Virus record (IMG/VR): IMGVR_UViG_3300023274_000001
Location: 96,001-160,000 of that record
Length of the DNA stretch: 64,000 nt
From: an uncultured virus (IMG/VR IMGVR_UViG_3300023274_000001)
Lineage: Duplodnaviria; Heunggongvirae; Uroviricota; Caudoviricetes
Reading direction: 5' to 3' (one strand)
Part shown: in pieces, positions 9,699 through 19,746 of the stretch
How the letters are laid out: the number at the start of each line of letters is the position of its first letter
Numbering within the stretch: the stretch's first letter is position 1
Translations under genes and position numbers: made by a program
Notes under the pieces: generated by a model
What the model saw: the letters and a program-made list of their open reading frames with translations, nothing else
Databases searched by the model: none
Told to the model about the DNA's origin: nothing

Positions 9699-10046
9699 AT
9701 GGCTCAGAAGAAGCGGAACGCACCGTCGGGCAACGTCGCGTGGCGTGAGTTCATGAACGTCGTCACGGCGGGACGCGGCGGGGAGTACGGGCGCGTCCCG
9801 CGTGGCGGTCTCGCGGTCGGCGCGAACCCCACGGAAGAGCTGACGTGGCTTCCGGCGGAGTGGGACGCGGACGTGGAGCACGCTTCCCACGTCGTCTACC
9901 ACTACGGGACGCCGGTCGCGTGGATCGACGAGCGTAACGGCGGGTGGGTCGTGCCGGAGGTGAACTACACCCCGCAGACCAGCGGCGTACAGAACCGCAT
10001 CCGGGAGTACCTGGGCGCCGGGTTCCGCACCACGGTCAAGATCTGA
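9699..10046 (+). CDS. hypothetical protein
   Basis: RBS; VVYHYGTPVAW...YTPQTS. Confidence 0.8.
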   Translation: MAQKKRNAPSGNVAWREFMNVVTAGRGGEYGRVPRGGLAVGANPTEELTWLPAEWDADVEHASHVVYHYGTPVAWIDERNGGWVVPEVNYTPQTSGVQNRIREYLGAGFRTTVKI

Positions 10047-10135
10047 CGGACGGGCGCGCGGTCGCGTTCGGGAGCGCGCGGGGATCCGTCCCCGCTCGTT
10101 CCAGTGCACGACCGGACGACGGAAAGAGGGAAGAC

Positions 10136-10471
10136 ATGGCGACGTACGACTACCTGAAGCCCGGCGAGGCGCTGGCCAGGGCGCACGAGAGCGCGCGGGA
10201 CTTCGAGAAGATCATCGGGCTGCGCGGGATGGACGCCGACAACATCCGGCCCCGGATCGAGCGGACGCGGGCCGGGTACATGCACCCGCCCGTCGACACG
10301 TGGCGCGCATACGGGAGCCGCGACAAGATGCGGGAGATCGTCAAGGTCGAGAGGACGACCGGCGACGCGGACCCCGGGACGATTACGGTCACGTTCAAGA
10401 ACGACGACGGCACGGAAGAGTCGACGTACCTGCACAGGTTCGATCTGCTCTGTGTCGAACGCCCCATCTGA
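10136..10471 (+). CDS. hypothetical protein
   Basis: RBS before MATYDY. Confidence 0.8.
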   Translation: MATYDYLKPGEALARAHESARDFEKIIGLRGMDADNIRPRIERTRAGYMHPPVDTWRAYGSRDKMREIVKVERTTGDADPGTITVTFKNDDGTEESTYLHRFDLLCVERPI

Positions 10472-10545
10472 CGCGGTCGCGTTCGGGAGTGCCGGAGGGG
10501 GACCGGCATTCCAGTGCATGACCGACGGAAGGGAGAAACGGAAGC

Positions 10546-10983
10546 ATGGACACGACGCGACAGAGGATCGACGACATCGCGCGGGGTTCGCTGATTCAGA
10601 CGGCGGGCGGGTTCGTGATCGCCGACCTGGACGGCTGGACCCCCGGGAGCGGTGACGGGCGGGTCGAGCCGCAACAGTTCCTGTATGACACGGACGGGCG
10701 GCGCCACTTCCCGAACGCGGACGGGGTCCTGATCACCGGGATCGCCACGTTCCGCACGCAGGAGTACGGCAAGGTGCCCGGGAAGAACACGCAGGGTCAC
10801 GCGCTGCTCAACCTGGTACCGGGTCAGCCTCCGGCCGGTCTCTGCCCGGCGTCCCGGAACCTGGGCAATGCTCTGTCGGTCTGGTCGTCGGGGACGGCGC
10901 TCACGGGTGTCACGTGCCGGGCGTGCCGGAAGATGATCGGCCTGGTCAACACGGGTGCGCCCCGGCAGAGCAACGGAATCTGA
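10546..10983 (+). CDS. hypothetical protein with C-terminal H/C zinc motif
   Basis: H...LC...VTCRAC. Confidence 0.8.
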   Translation: MDTTRQRIDDIARGSLIQTAGGFVIADLDGWTPGSGDGRVEPQQFLYDTDGRRHFPNADGVLITGIATFRTQEYGKVPGKNTQGHALLNLVPGQPPAGLCPASRNLGNALSVWSSGTALTGVTCRACRKMIGLVNTGAPRQSNGI

Positions 10984-10985
10984 TC

Positions 10986-11258
10986 ATGGACGAGTTCGCC
11001 TACTACTCCCCCGGCGCGAAAGCCGGGACGCTCCACATGCGGGAGCTGACGGACGACGTATTGCGCACGATCGCCCGGGACCGGGACCACGTGACCCCGG
11101 AGTTCCGGGAGGTCTACGCGTTCATGGAGACGGTCAAGGACGGCGACCGCCCGACGAACGCCGATTGGGTCACCGGGAGGGCGATCGACGAACTGTTCGA
11201 CCGGGGCCGGATCGACGGGGAGCGGTACGACCACATGCGACGGGAGGCGGGGCTGTGA
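10986..11258 (+). CDS. hypothetical protein
   Basis: Tightly packed ORF. Confidence 0.7.
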   Translation: MDEFAYYSPGAKAGTLHMRELTDDVLRTIARDRDHVTPEFREVYAFMETVKDGDRPTNADWVTGRAIDELFDRGRIDGERYDHMRREAGL

Positions 11259-11536
11259 AGCTGATCGCCGTTGACCCGTGGGACTGCGGGTGCACGGAGT
11301 GCATCACGGGCGAGTACGTGCCCCTGCGGTACGCCACGGATGAGCAGGTCGCCGACCTGATCGCGGGGAGGCTGCGCAACAACCTGAACTCCGGTACCCA
11401 ACTGGAGATCCGCACCACGTACGCGACGGAGGGCGGGAAGCTGGTGTTCCACGACGTCACCGTGACGTACGAGCACCACGACGGACAGACGCGGGAGTGG
11501 TCGCCGGACCCGTACCGGATGGGTCTCGCCGCGTAG
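11255..11536 (+). CDS. hypothetical protein (CGCTEC)
   Basis: GTGA overlap. Confidence 0.75.
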   Translation: MKLIAVDPWDCGCTECITGEYVPLRYATDEQVADLIAGRLRNNLNSGTQLEIRTTYATEGGKLVFHDVTVTYEHHDGQTREWSPDPYRMGLAA

Positions 11537-11599
11537 TAACGCACGGAAGTGATGGACGGATGCGGGGCCCACACGGGCCCGGCCGGAAGGGAGAACACG

Positions 11600-12223
11600 A
11601 TGGGTCGCACGGTCGAGGAGTTTCACGGTCTGCTGGCTGACCTGCTGAGCAACACGCGCCGGAAGCATGACGGGCGCCCCGGTCCGGGACAGCCCGGTTA
11701 CCTGAGTGACGAGTCGGCCGACGCGGTGACCATGTGGCGGCACATGGCGCACATGGCGCACTCGTACGCGAACGGGGCCGACGTGCGCGGGATCCGGCCG
11801 ACAGGGTCGGACCTGTGGGAGGACGGCATGGACCGGGGGAAGTTCCTGGCCCTGATCACCGAGCGGTCCCGCATCCTGCGCGCGGTGAAGCGCGGGGGCG
11901 ACATGGACACGATGCTCGTGGACGACTCCGTGCGGTACTGGGAGTTCACCCTGGCCCTGTCCACGGTCACGAACGACGAACACGCCGAGTCGGCCCGGCA
12001 GAACGGGAACCGGGAGGCCGCGCGCCGGATCATGCTGGAAACGGAGATCGACCTGGCCCTGATCCGGGCGTACACGGACGTCGACATCGCGACCCTGCGC
12101 CGCACGCTGCGGGAGTGCGAGGGTGAGCGCCCCGTGTCGCCGGGCCGGAACGGTGACGGCTCCCGCAAGTGGGAGCCGCACCCGCTGTTCGACCTGATCA
12201 CGGCCAACCGGCCGACGGTCTGA
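11600..12223 (+). CDS. hypothetical protein
   Basis: Strong RBS. Confidence 0.8.
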   Translation: MGRTVEEFHGLLADLLSNTRRKHDGRPGPGQPGYLSDESADAVTMWRHMAHMAHSYANGADVRGIRPTGSDLWEDGMDRGKFLALITERSRILRAVKRGGDMDTMLVDDSVRYWEFTLALSTVTNDEHAESARQNGNREAARRIMLETEIDLALIRAYTDVDIATLRRTLRECEGERPVSPGRNGDGSRKWEPHPLFDLITANRPTV

Positions 12224-12309
12224 AGCTACGGAGCGCCGCTGTTCGGGCGGGCGCGGGATTGCGGTCCCGCATCCGTCCGTGTGGTGACGGTTCGACGGAA
12301 GGGGAAGAG

Positions 12310-12603
12310 ATGCGAGCGACGACGACGGACCGAGTGGCTGTGTTCATCCAGCCGGGGGACGAGATCGTGAACAGTCGGGCGGAGGTGCACGACGTGTTCA
12401 AGGTGCTGCACTCCGGCTACGGGTTCGCGGGAGTGCTGCTGACGCAGCGCCCGACGGAGACCGGCAAGGGGATGCGGTACGCGCTGTGGATCGTCACCCC
12501 GGAGGGGGACGTGCGGGCCACGATGACGACGGACGACTTCCCGGCAGTGACGGGCGCGTTCATGGCGCGTGCGAACGACATGGTCCGGGAGGGCGCACGG
12601 TGA
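12310..12603 (+). CDS. hypothetical protein
   Basis: RBS. Confidence 0.75.
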   Translation: MRATTTDRVAVFIQPGDEIVNSRAEVHDVFKVLHSGYGFAGVLLTQRPTETGKGMRYALWIVTPEGDVRATMTTDDFPAVTGAFMARANDMVREGAR

Positions 12604-13058
12604 AGCACACGTACGTGTACCGGCTCCCGAAGGGGAAGCGGTGGCTGTGGACGGCGGGACGTGCGGGCGCGGCCGACCTGTTCCTGTCCCCCGAGACGGG
12701 TGACGGGACGGATCCGGACTGGCAGGGGTACATCGGTCTGTCGAATCACCTCGGTCACATGGAAGAGCTGTTCCGCAAGGCGATCGAGGACGAGCCGCGC
12801 GTGTGCATCGGCAAGCACTACATGATCCCGGGGTCGCTCTGTGAGGTCTCGCAGGAACGGGAAAGCCTGGCCAGTGAGACGGTCCGGCTGGTCACCCTGT
12901 GGACATGGGATGCGCCCGTACTGGAAGGGACCACACTGTCCCGGCTGCGCATGACCCTGAACCGGCCGACGGACGCGGAGGGGATGAGCAGCCGGGCCGA
13001 GCGGATGGCATTCCTGGCGGAGAACGAGGGGCACCGGATCGTACCGGTGTGGATGTGA
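12600..13058 (+). CDS. hypothetical protein
   Basis: GTGA overlap. Confidence 0.75.
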   Translation: MKHTYVYRLPKGKRWLWTAGRAGAADLFLSPETGDGTDPDWQGYIGLSNHLGHMEELFRKAIEDEPRVCIGKHYMIPGSLCEVSQERESLASETVRLVTLWTWDAPVLEGTTLSRLRMTLNRPTDAEGMSSRAERMAFLAENEGHRIVPVWM

Positions 13059-13143
13059 CGGAGCGCAGTGCTTCGGGCCTGCACGGGAGTGATTCCGTGC
13101 GGGTCCGTGGTGCCGGGCGGTCCGGCCGGAAGGGAGATTGATC

Positions 13144-13635
13144 ATGGGTAAGACGCTGGACGAGTTGCTGCACGGGCCGAGCGCGCTCCCCGTGCTGGTC
13201 AAGGCCGACGGGACGTTCGAGACGGCGGCGTACCCGCCCCCGACCCTCGCCGAGTACGCGCCGGAGTCGATCGACGTCGACTATGAGGGCTCGTTCGAGG
13301 ACGGGCAGATTCTCGACCACCACGAGCGGGACGCGATCAGCTCCGTCGAGAACGGATGGACCGTGCTCACGGGATGGTCGGCGGACCCGTCCCTGTTCAT
13401 CATGCGCAACGACCAGTACATCGGCGGAGCCCTGGCCGAGCACATCGCCGAGACGCCGGGCCTGTGGGCGGTCGTCTCCGTCGAGATGCACCCGCACGCG
13501 TGCGGCGCCGGGAAGGACGGGATGCCGTGCCCGGAGTGGGACGAGCACGAGACGTGCGAGCACGCCGAGGGGGGCGAGTCGGACGGAGTCGGGTGGGCGC
13601 TGGTTCACCGGGAGCCGCAGGACGACAACGCCTGA
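13144..13635 (+). CDS. acidic hypothetical protein
   Basis: RBS; D/E-rich. Confidence 0.8.
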   Translation: MGKTLDELLHGPSALPVLVKADGTFETAAYPPPTLAEYAPESIDVDYEGSFEDGQILDHHERDAISSVENGWTVLTGWSADPSLFIMRNDQYIGGALAEHIAETPGLWAVVSVEMHPHACGAGKDGMPCPEWDEHETCEHAEGGESDGVGWALVHREPQDDNA

Positions 13636-13651
13636 CGGGAAGGGAACGGAA

Positions 13652-14281
13652 GTGCTGTACGCGATCTACGTTCCGACCGCCCGCACCCCGACGTCCGGTC
13701 TGGAAGTCGAGCGCCTGCCCTCACGGGAGCAGGCGGGGCGGTGCCTGCTGGAACGGAACCTGTTGGGTGCCGGGCGAACCTGGTTCCTGGGAGACGAGCC
13801 GTCCCGGTACGGAGCGCACCGGCCGGTGAGGGAGTGGGCCGACGCGGACGAGACCGGTTACATGCGGGTCTTCCTGCGCAAGGCCACGGAGCCGGTTCCC
13901 CGGCCGCTGGACACGCCTCATGAGGAGTGGCTGGTCAACCCGGGAGGCAAGCGCGGGGTCGTGGTCCGGCTCCCGTGGGAGGCGGCCGACGGCGAAGTGG
14001 TGCGACTGCTCAAGGACGGGTTGCGGGTACTGCCGTCCGGTACGGTTCCGGCCCCGGCGCCCCGCAGCCGGACGATTGTGGCGCATGCGCCGCTGGTCGT
14101 GGCGCCCCGGCCGGTCTGCGGGAGTTGCTTTCAGGTCAAGCACCCTACGGCCGGGTGTGGTTGCCCGGATACGGGCGCGGCCCTGGTGATGGAGATGCAG
14201 CGGCCGACCCGGGATGGATGGGAGGAGTGCCCGGGGTGCGGCAAGGCGGTATCCGCGTACGCGCGGTGTGGTTGTTCGTGA
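13652..14281 (+). CDS. hypothetical protein with Cys-rich C-terminus
   Basis: RBS; CGSC, CGC, CPGC. Confidence 0.75.
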   Translation: MLYAIYVPTARTPTSGLEVERLPSREQAGRCLLERNLLGAGRTWFLGDEPSRYGAHRPVREWADADETGYMRVFLRKATEPVPRPLDTPHEEWLVNPGGKRGVVVRLPWEAADGEVVRLLKDGLRVLPSGTVPAPAPRSRTIVAHAPLVVAPRPVCGSCFQVKHPTAGCGCPDTGAALVMEMQRPTRDGWEECPGCGKAVSAYARCGCS

Positions 14282-14306
14282 TCGAGTCAGGCAGGGAGAG
14301 GAACGG

Positions 14307-14573
14307 ATGAGCAGCGGAGACGGACCCCGGGAGATCGTCGTTCGGCACAAGCAGAACGTCTTGCGCGGGGTGCCGACGATGGGCGTCGGTGCGCAGGACA
14401 AGCAGACGGGGGCGCACATCTGGCTCCCGTCCCCGATCAGGGACGGTGACCGGTTCACGGAGGGCCGGGAGGCGGCGGAGGTCGTGGCCCGGAAGCTGCT
14501 GCCGGACGGCGCGCGGCTGCTGTGGAGCCGGGACACCCCGGAGACGTACGTCTTCACGGTGGCGGGTGCATGA
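14307..14573 (+). CDS. hypothetical protein
   Basis: RBS. Confidence 0.7.
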   Translation: MSSGDGPREIVVRHKQNVLRGVPTMGVGAQDKQTGAHIWLPSPIRDGDRFTEGREAAEVVARKLLPDGARLLWSRDTPETYVFTVAGA

Positions 14574-14680
14574 TCTTCGGTCTCGTGTTCGTCCTGTACT
14601 TCGGGTGCGGCCTGACCTGCATGGGCCTGCGGTACCTGTGGGCGGGATTGCGCAAGATCAGAGACGGCAACGCCGGGTGA
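14570..14680 (+). CDS. 36-aa membrane peptide
   Basis: ATGA overlap; MIFGLVFVLYFGCGLTC. Confidence 0.6.
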   Translation: MIFGLVFVLYFGCGLTCMGLRYLWAGLRKIRDGNAG

Positions 14681-14788
14681 TCTGAGGCATTCGGGAGGAT
14701 TCGGGACCGGGTTCGGTCCGGTTCCGAGTCTTCCAGTGTGTTCCTGATCGGTCGAATGGTCATGAACCGGACGGAAAGGATGTAAACG

Positions 14789-15187
14789 GTGAAAGCTGAG
14801 CGAATGAAGTTCACGGGGGCGTTCGTCGAGGAGGTGGCGGCCCGGGTCGAGAAGATCACGGGCGGCATGTTCAAGCTGGGGCCGGTCGGCTCGCACCCGG
14901 AGCACGGGACGTCGTACGCCGACGCCCGGGATGACCGGGTGTGGTACGGACCGCAGGGAGCCCGGCAGGCGTGCGCGTTCTACACGGCCGCCGCGATGCG
15001 GTACCTGCACCTGATGGGCATCGAGCCCGACGGGGACGACGGCGAGTTCTTGCTGGCCGTGCAGGTGGCGTACTCCCGCTACGGGGCGACCGCCCGGGAG
15101 CGCGTCGACTACCACGAGTGGGAGATGCGCGGCGGCGACCGGGCGCAGGAACTGATCAACGCCGCCGAGGGCGACGCGCGCAACTGA
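14789..15187 (+). CDS. hypothetical protein
   Basis: RBS. Confidence 0.8.
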   Translation: MKAERMKFTGAFVEEVAARVEKITGGMFKLGPVGSHPEHGTSYADARDDRVWYGPQGARQACAFYTAAAMRYLHLMGIEPDGDDGEFLLAVQVAYSRYGATARERVDYHEWEMRGGDRAQELINAAEGDARN

Positions 15188-15220
15188 CCAGCGGTACACG
15201 ACGGAAGGGAAGAACGGGAC

Positions 15221-15736
15221 ATGACGAACCTGATCACGCTGGAGAACGGCAACCAGGTCGAGCCGGGATGCTGGTTCGACGGGGCGCACGGGTGGACGAA
15301 CTCGTACCGGGTCGTCGACCTGGCCGTGCATCACGGGATGGAGCTGGACGCCGAGGACGCGGCGGTCGTCGAGTGGTACCGCAACTCCGGGGACTCCGAC
15401 GCGGACGCCTCGGACGACGAGCTGAGCAAGCTGGAAGCGATGACCGGTCAGGGCGGCCTCTCCGACAAGGCGACGGACTACCTGATGGAGCAGCTTCCCG
15501 AGGGCTGGACGCTGCGCTGGGACGACGGCCTGACCTGTCTGCGGGACTGGGAGGACTGCGCGGCCGACGGCAACGGGTGCGAGGTCGACGTGGACACGGC
15601 CGGGAACATCGTGCTGGTCAAGCGGTGTGCCGACCACAACCCCTGTGAGGGTCACGTCGACACGGACGACGCGCTGACCTCCGGCGCGGGCATCGGGGAG
15701 GCCGTCTACTGCGACGGGTCGTGCGTCAAGCGCTGA
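15221..15736 (+). CDS. very acidic hypothetical protein
   Basis: RBS; D/E-rich, Cys tail. Confidence 0.8.
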   Translation: MTNLITLENGNQVEPGCWFDGAHGWTNSYRVVDLAVHHGMELDAEDAAVVEWYRNSGDSDADASDDELSKLEAMTGQGGLSDKATDYLMEQLPEGWTLRWDDGLTCLRDWEDCAADGNGCEVDVDTAGNIVLVKRCADHNPCEGHVDTDDALTSGAGIGEAVYCDGSCVKR

Positions 15737-15809
15737 CCATCCGCGCACTTCGGGCGGGCATCCGGGAGACCGGGTGCCCCACCGTGGACCACGGAAGGGA
15801 GATCGGGAA

Positions 15810-16343
15810 GTGACCGACATTCAGATCAAGGACAAGGACGCGTATCCGCTGAGCCTGTGGCGTGAAGCGCTGGAGGTGGCGGAGGTGGCGGAGTTCTGCC
15901 CCACCGACACCCGGGAGCACAACGGCGGGGAGCTGGGGGCGCTCGGGGCGTGGCTGTGTGACGAGCTGTACGGGAAGCCGGTCAACCCGGACAACGCCCG
16001 GGAGGACAAGGGCGAGATCGTCACGGAGCAGATCATCGATGGCGCGCTGGCCGTGCTCGACCAGGAGGACCGGGAAATCGTCACCCCGGCCGACCTGCGC
16101 AAGGTGATCGAGTCGTATCGGGGCGAGACCTTCGACGATTTCGAAGAGCTGGCCCGGGACTACGCCGAGGCCGACTACATCGGCCCGGACGACGAGAACC
16201 CGGCGCTCGCGGAGTGGGAGGGATTCAACTCCCCGGAGGACTTCGAGCGCTGGTACACCCGGTACGCCACGGGCGAGGGTGAGGTCTGCGGGGAGATCCG
16301 CGAGGGCGGGACCCTGATCTGGTTCGACAGGTTCAAGTGGTGA
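15810..16343 (+). CDS. ArdA-like acidic antirestriction/DNA-mimic protein
   Basis: YRGETFDDFEELARDY motif, very acidic. Confidence 0.6.
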   Translation: MTDIQIKDKDAYPLSLWREALEVAEVAEFCPTDTREHNGGELGALGAWLCDELYGKPVNPDNAREDKGEIVTEQIIDGALAVLDQEDREIVTPADLRKVIESYRGETFDDFEELARDYAEADYIGPDDENPALAEWEGFNSPEDFERWYTRYATGEGEVCGEIREGGTLIWFDRFKW

Positions 16344-16352
16344 GGTGACGAG

Positions 16353-16625
16353 ATGCACGGATCGTACGACGACATGATGGACTGGAAGTACCGGGAGGAG
16401 AACGGCGGGCGGGAGCGGGAGATCGCCTACATGCCGAACTACACGAACCCGGAACTCCCGGACTACGTCGCTCCCGAGGATCGTGACCCGGAGCTGGAAA
16501 AGGAGATGCACGAGATCTACGCCCGGGACAACGCCGGGCGCGTCGCGCGCAATCACCGGGCCGAGGTCGCCGGTCTGCGGGCGCTGCTCGAAGAGAACGG
16601 GATCGAGATCCCGGACCACCTGTGA
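16353..16625 (+). CDS. hypothetical protein
   Basis: GAGG RBS. Confidence 0.75.
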   Translation: MHGSYDDMMDWKYREENGGREREIAYMPNYTNPELPDYVAPEDRDPELEKEMHEIYARDNAGRVARNHRAEVAGLRALLEENGIEIPDHL

Positions 16626-16715
16626 TCACCGCGTGATTCAGGGGCGCACGGGAGGGGGCTCGTGCGCGCCTGTGTCCCACGGTGGGACCTGATGGACGGA
16701 CGGAAAGGAAGAAAC

Positions 16716-17273
16716 GTGATCAAGAAGCTGAAGGGGATCCTGGGACTGGGCATCGGCCCGTCGGAGTACGCGCCGAACCCGAGCGTGATCGGTTCGGTGG
16801 AGCAGTCGAACGCCGGGAACGCCGTGCTGCGCATCGGCAAGGCGACCGTACCCGACGAGGGCAACCCGTCGTGGACACAGACCGAGTACGTGGTGCTGTC
16901 CCCGGAAGAGCGGGACAATCTGATCGACGTGCTCGACTCGCAGAACGGCTACCGCACGGTCAAGTGCGGCGACATCATCGGCGTCGGCTCCATCGTGCTG
17001 GCCGTGCAGTACGCGAACGGTGCGGGCGGCGGGGAGCGCCGCATCGGTACGGTCCTGGCGTGGACGGACCACAAGCGGGAGTACGTGGTCTACACCGTCG
17101 ACCCGTACGGCGAGGTGAGCAACGGGACGTACACCTTCGACGAGCAGCGGGCGCTGAACGCGTACATCGCCCGGTCCAACGACCACCTGTTCCGCCACTT
17201 CAACGCCAAGCCTCCGGCCATCACGTACGCCCACGTGGCGGAGCGGGACGTCCTGAAGGGCGACCGCGCATGA
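16716..17273 (+). CDS. hypothetical protein
   Basis: RBS. Confidence 0.8.
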   Translation: MIKKLKGILGLGIGPSEYAPNPSVIGSVEQSNAGNAVLRIGKATVPDEGNPSWTQTEYVVLSPEERDNLIDVLDSQNGYRTVKCGDIIGVGSIVLAVQYANGAGGGERRIGTVLAWTDHKREYVVYTVDPYGEVSNGTYTFDEQRALNAYIARSNDHLFRHFNAKPPAITYAHVAERDVLKGDRA

Positions 17274-17845
17274 GCAGCGAACTGACGGGCCTGCGGGTCA
17301 AGGTCGGACTGGCCAACCGGCCGGTCTACGGCGTCGCCCGGGTCCGGTACAACGAGGGCCACGCGCACGCCGGGAAGTACGAGATCGAGACGGCCGACGG
17401 GAAGTCCTTCCTGGCCCCGTTCGACGCATGCAGGCCCGGCGACAACTGGGACGTCACCCCGGAAGAGGGGCGGTTCACGGGGGCGGAGATCTTCCGGCCG
17501 AACTTCCTGGACGGCACCGGCAAGGCTTTCCTGAGCCGTGGCCCCGGGGTCATCGTGCCCGGGAGCATGGCGCAGATGTGGAAGCTGCTCGACCCGGTCC
17601 GGAAGGGCTGGACGGTCGAGTGGTTCAGCCGTGGCGCCAACGAGTTCCGGGGCACGCTCACGGTCGCCGAGCGGGAAGAGGCGGCGTTCCGGATGAGCGG
17701 GAAGCACGCGTTCCACTACACGTGGCCCCAGGTCGGCGAGGAGTTCGAGGTCATCGGCAACACGCTGCACGAGGTGCGGGTGCCGCCGAAGAGGACCGGT
17801 AAGCACCCGTCCCGGTCCCTGTCGCTCACGTTCCACCGACCCTGA
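17270..17845 (+). CDS. hypothetical protein
   Basis: ATGA overlap. Confidence 0.8.
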   Translation: MSSELTGLRVKVGLANRPVYGVARVRYNEGHAHAGKYEIETADGKSFLAPFDACRPGDNWDVTPEEGRFTGAEIFRPNFLDGTGKAFLSRGPGVIVPGSMAQMWKLLDPVRKGWTVEWFSRGANEFRGTLTVAEREEAAFRMSGKHAFHYTWPQVGEEFEVIGNTLHEVRVPPKRTGKHPSRSLSLTFHRP

Positions 17846-17862
17846 CGGAAAGAGGGAAGAGC

Positions 17863-18138
17863 ATGACCGGAAGCACCAGATATCCGGCGACGTCGTACGA
17901 CAAGCTGAACGAGGAATGGGAGGTACGGGCGGAGCCGATCACGCAGCTCCGCATCGCCTCGGAACTGGCCCCGTGCGTGAGCGCCGGGATGACCGTGCGC
18001 GGCGGCCCGCTGCGGGCGCAGCTCCCCGACGGTTCGTCCGGACGGGAGATCGGCGCTGTGTCGATCGTGTGGAGTCAGACCGAGCAGGACGACGGCAGTC
18101 GTACGGTGCTCGGGTGGTACGAGTCCGGGCGGAACTGA
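17863..18138 (+). CDS. hypothetical protein
   Basis: RBS. Confidence 0.75.
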   Translation: MTGSTRYPATSYDKLNEEWEVRAEPITQLRIASELAPCVSAGMTVRGGPLRAQLPDGSSGREIGAVSIVWSQTEQDDGSRTVLGWYESGRN

Positions 18139-18169
18139 CGTCCGGGTGGCGGCCCGTGCAGGGTGCCGC

Positions 18170-18186
18170 TAGTCTGGCCTAGGCCG
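18170..18186 (+). promoter_or_regulatory. -10 TAGTCT fused to CCTAGG box
   Basis: TAGTCTGGCCTAGGCCG. Confidence 0.65.
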
Positions 18187-18270
18187 ACGGGTTCGGGAGC
18201 GGCCGGTCCTCCGGGATCGGCCGCTGACGTGCCGTGTCGGACGGCGATTGAATCGGAGAGGGAGAAGAAC

Positions 18271-18621
18271 ATGGGGACGTATCGCACCGACGGTGAGAAC
18301 GAGATCGGCGTTGCCCTGACGGACTCGTGGGCGGCCGTGTGGACCGTCGACACGGAGTACATCGAGGTCATCCGGCGCGACTTCTGGGACGAGCACAGCG
18401 AGGCGATCAAGGAGTTCGCCGAGCGGGGCCGCGACTTCACCGACGAGGACGGCCACAACGGCACCGTCGCGGTGATCAGCACGAAGGGGGACCTGGACGG
18501 CGAGGGGTTCCCGAAGGAGTTCGACGACGCCTCGGAGTACGTCGCCGACGAGCTGTCCTCGTGGACCAGGTCGGACGGCGGCGCGTACGAGCGGGCCACC
18601 GTTCAGGGATACAGCTACTGA
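18271..18621 (+). CDS. acidic hypothetical protein
   Basis: RBS; D/E-rich. Confidence 0.8.
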   Translation: MGTYRTDGENEIGVALTDSWAAVWTVDTEYIEVIRRDFWDEHSEAIKEFAERGRDFTDEDGHNGTVAVISTKGDLDGEGFPKEFDDASEYVADELSSWTRSDGGAYERATVQGYSY

Positions 18622-18634
18622 CGGGAGCGGTTCG

Positions 18635-19087
18635 ATGCACGGGGAACTGATCAGGTACACGTGGGCACCGAACCCCGGGATGGCCTGGGGTCTGGTTCAC
18701 CTGTCACAGGGCAGGGACGGCGACATGATCGGCGCCTTCGTGTACGAGGACCGCGACGCAGCGCTGAAGGGTGAGAAGCGGGCCGGGAACACGCTGTACC
18801 GGGTGGTGCGGCAGATCCGGCCCGCCGATCAGAGCACCGGGACCCCGGACGCCGGGGCCTACGCCTTCGTGTGCAGCTCCGCCACGGAGTACACCATCTG
18901 GACGAAGCCCACGGTGAACGACGCGGGCGGGAGCGAATACGACGGAGTGTGGTCCTTCCGGGACGCACCGGCCGCCGTGGAGCGCACCGGATGGGCGAAC
19001 AAGGACAACGCGCGGTACGAGGGACCGGACAATCCCCGGTTCGCAACGTTCCTGCTCACGTGGGACGTAACGGAAGAGGAGAGCTGA
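18635..19087 (+). CDS. hypothetical protein
   Basis: Packed ORF. Confidence 0.75.
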   Translation: MHGELIRYTWAPNPGMAWGLVHLSQGRDGDMIGAFVYEDRDAALKGEKRAGNTLYRVVRQIRPADQSTGTPDAGAYAFVCSSATEYTIWTKPTVNDAGGSEYDGVWSFRDAPAAVERTGWANKDNARYEGPDNPRFATFLLTWDVTEEES

Positions 19088-19088
19088 C

Positions 19089-19658
19089 GTGCAGGAAGTC
19101 ACCCGCTGGGACCAGAAGAAGATCCAGATGTTCGACCGGGGTGACCGGGTCGAGATCGGGCCGGGCGAGGTGGCCACGGTCGAGCACGACATGGGCGGCG
19201 AGGTCGTCCACGTGCACCCGGAAGGGAGCCGGGGCCGGTATCCGCACGACGCCGTGCCGGTCGCCCGGGAGGGTGTGAAGCTGATCCGTCAGACCGTGGA
19301 CGGTGAAGAGGTTCAGGTCGAGATCTACTCGAACGGCTCCACGCACACGCTGTACGAGTGCTGCGGGTACGACGACTGCCGGGAGCTGATCCTGGTCAAG
19401 GGTCTCGGGATCGACCGGGACGAAGCGTTCGCCGGGGACCGGTTCCTGACCGAGGTCGAGGGTGAGCCGGTCCGCATCACGGTCAAGCCGCTGGACGACC
19501 CGTCGTCGTGCATCTGGTGCTACGGGTGCGGCGACTTCCTCGCGCACGGCGAGGGCTGCGAGTGCGAAGACCGGGGCCACAACCCCGAGGCCGACCGGGA
19601 GCCGATGCGCCCGCTGGTCGTGGAGGACGGTCGGCTGGAGCTGACCCACTGGAACTGA
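19089..19658 (+). CDS. hypothetical protein with Cys motifs
   Basis: CCGYDDC, CIWCYGC. Confidence 0.8.
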   Translation: MQEVTRWDQKKIQMFDRGDRVEIGPGEVATVEHDMGGEVVHVHPEGSRGRYPHDAVPVAREGVKLIRQTVDGEEVQVEIYSNGSTHTLYECCGYDDCRELILVKGLGIDRDEAFAGDRFLTEVEGEPVRITVKPLDDPSSCIWCYGCGDFLAHGEGCECEDRGHNPEADREPMRPLVVEDGRLELTHWN

Positions 19659-19660
19659 GC

Positions 19661-19711
19661 GGAGACGCCCTAGGGCTCCCGGCCGAGCGCCGGGGGCCCG
19701 GGAGTGTCGCT
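19661..19711 (+). repeat. intergenic bulged hairpin, family B
   Basis: GGAGACGCCCTAGG...CCGGGAGTGTCGC. Confidence 0.65.
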
Positions 19712-19746
19712 GATCGGGCGATGCCGGAACGGAGAAGGAGAACGGG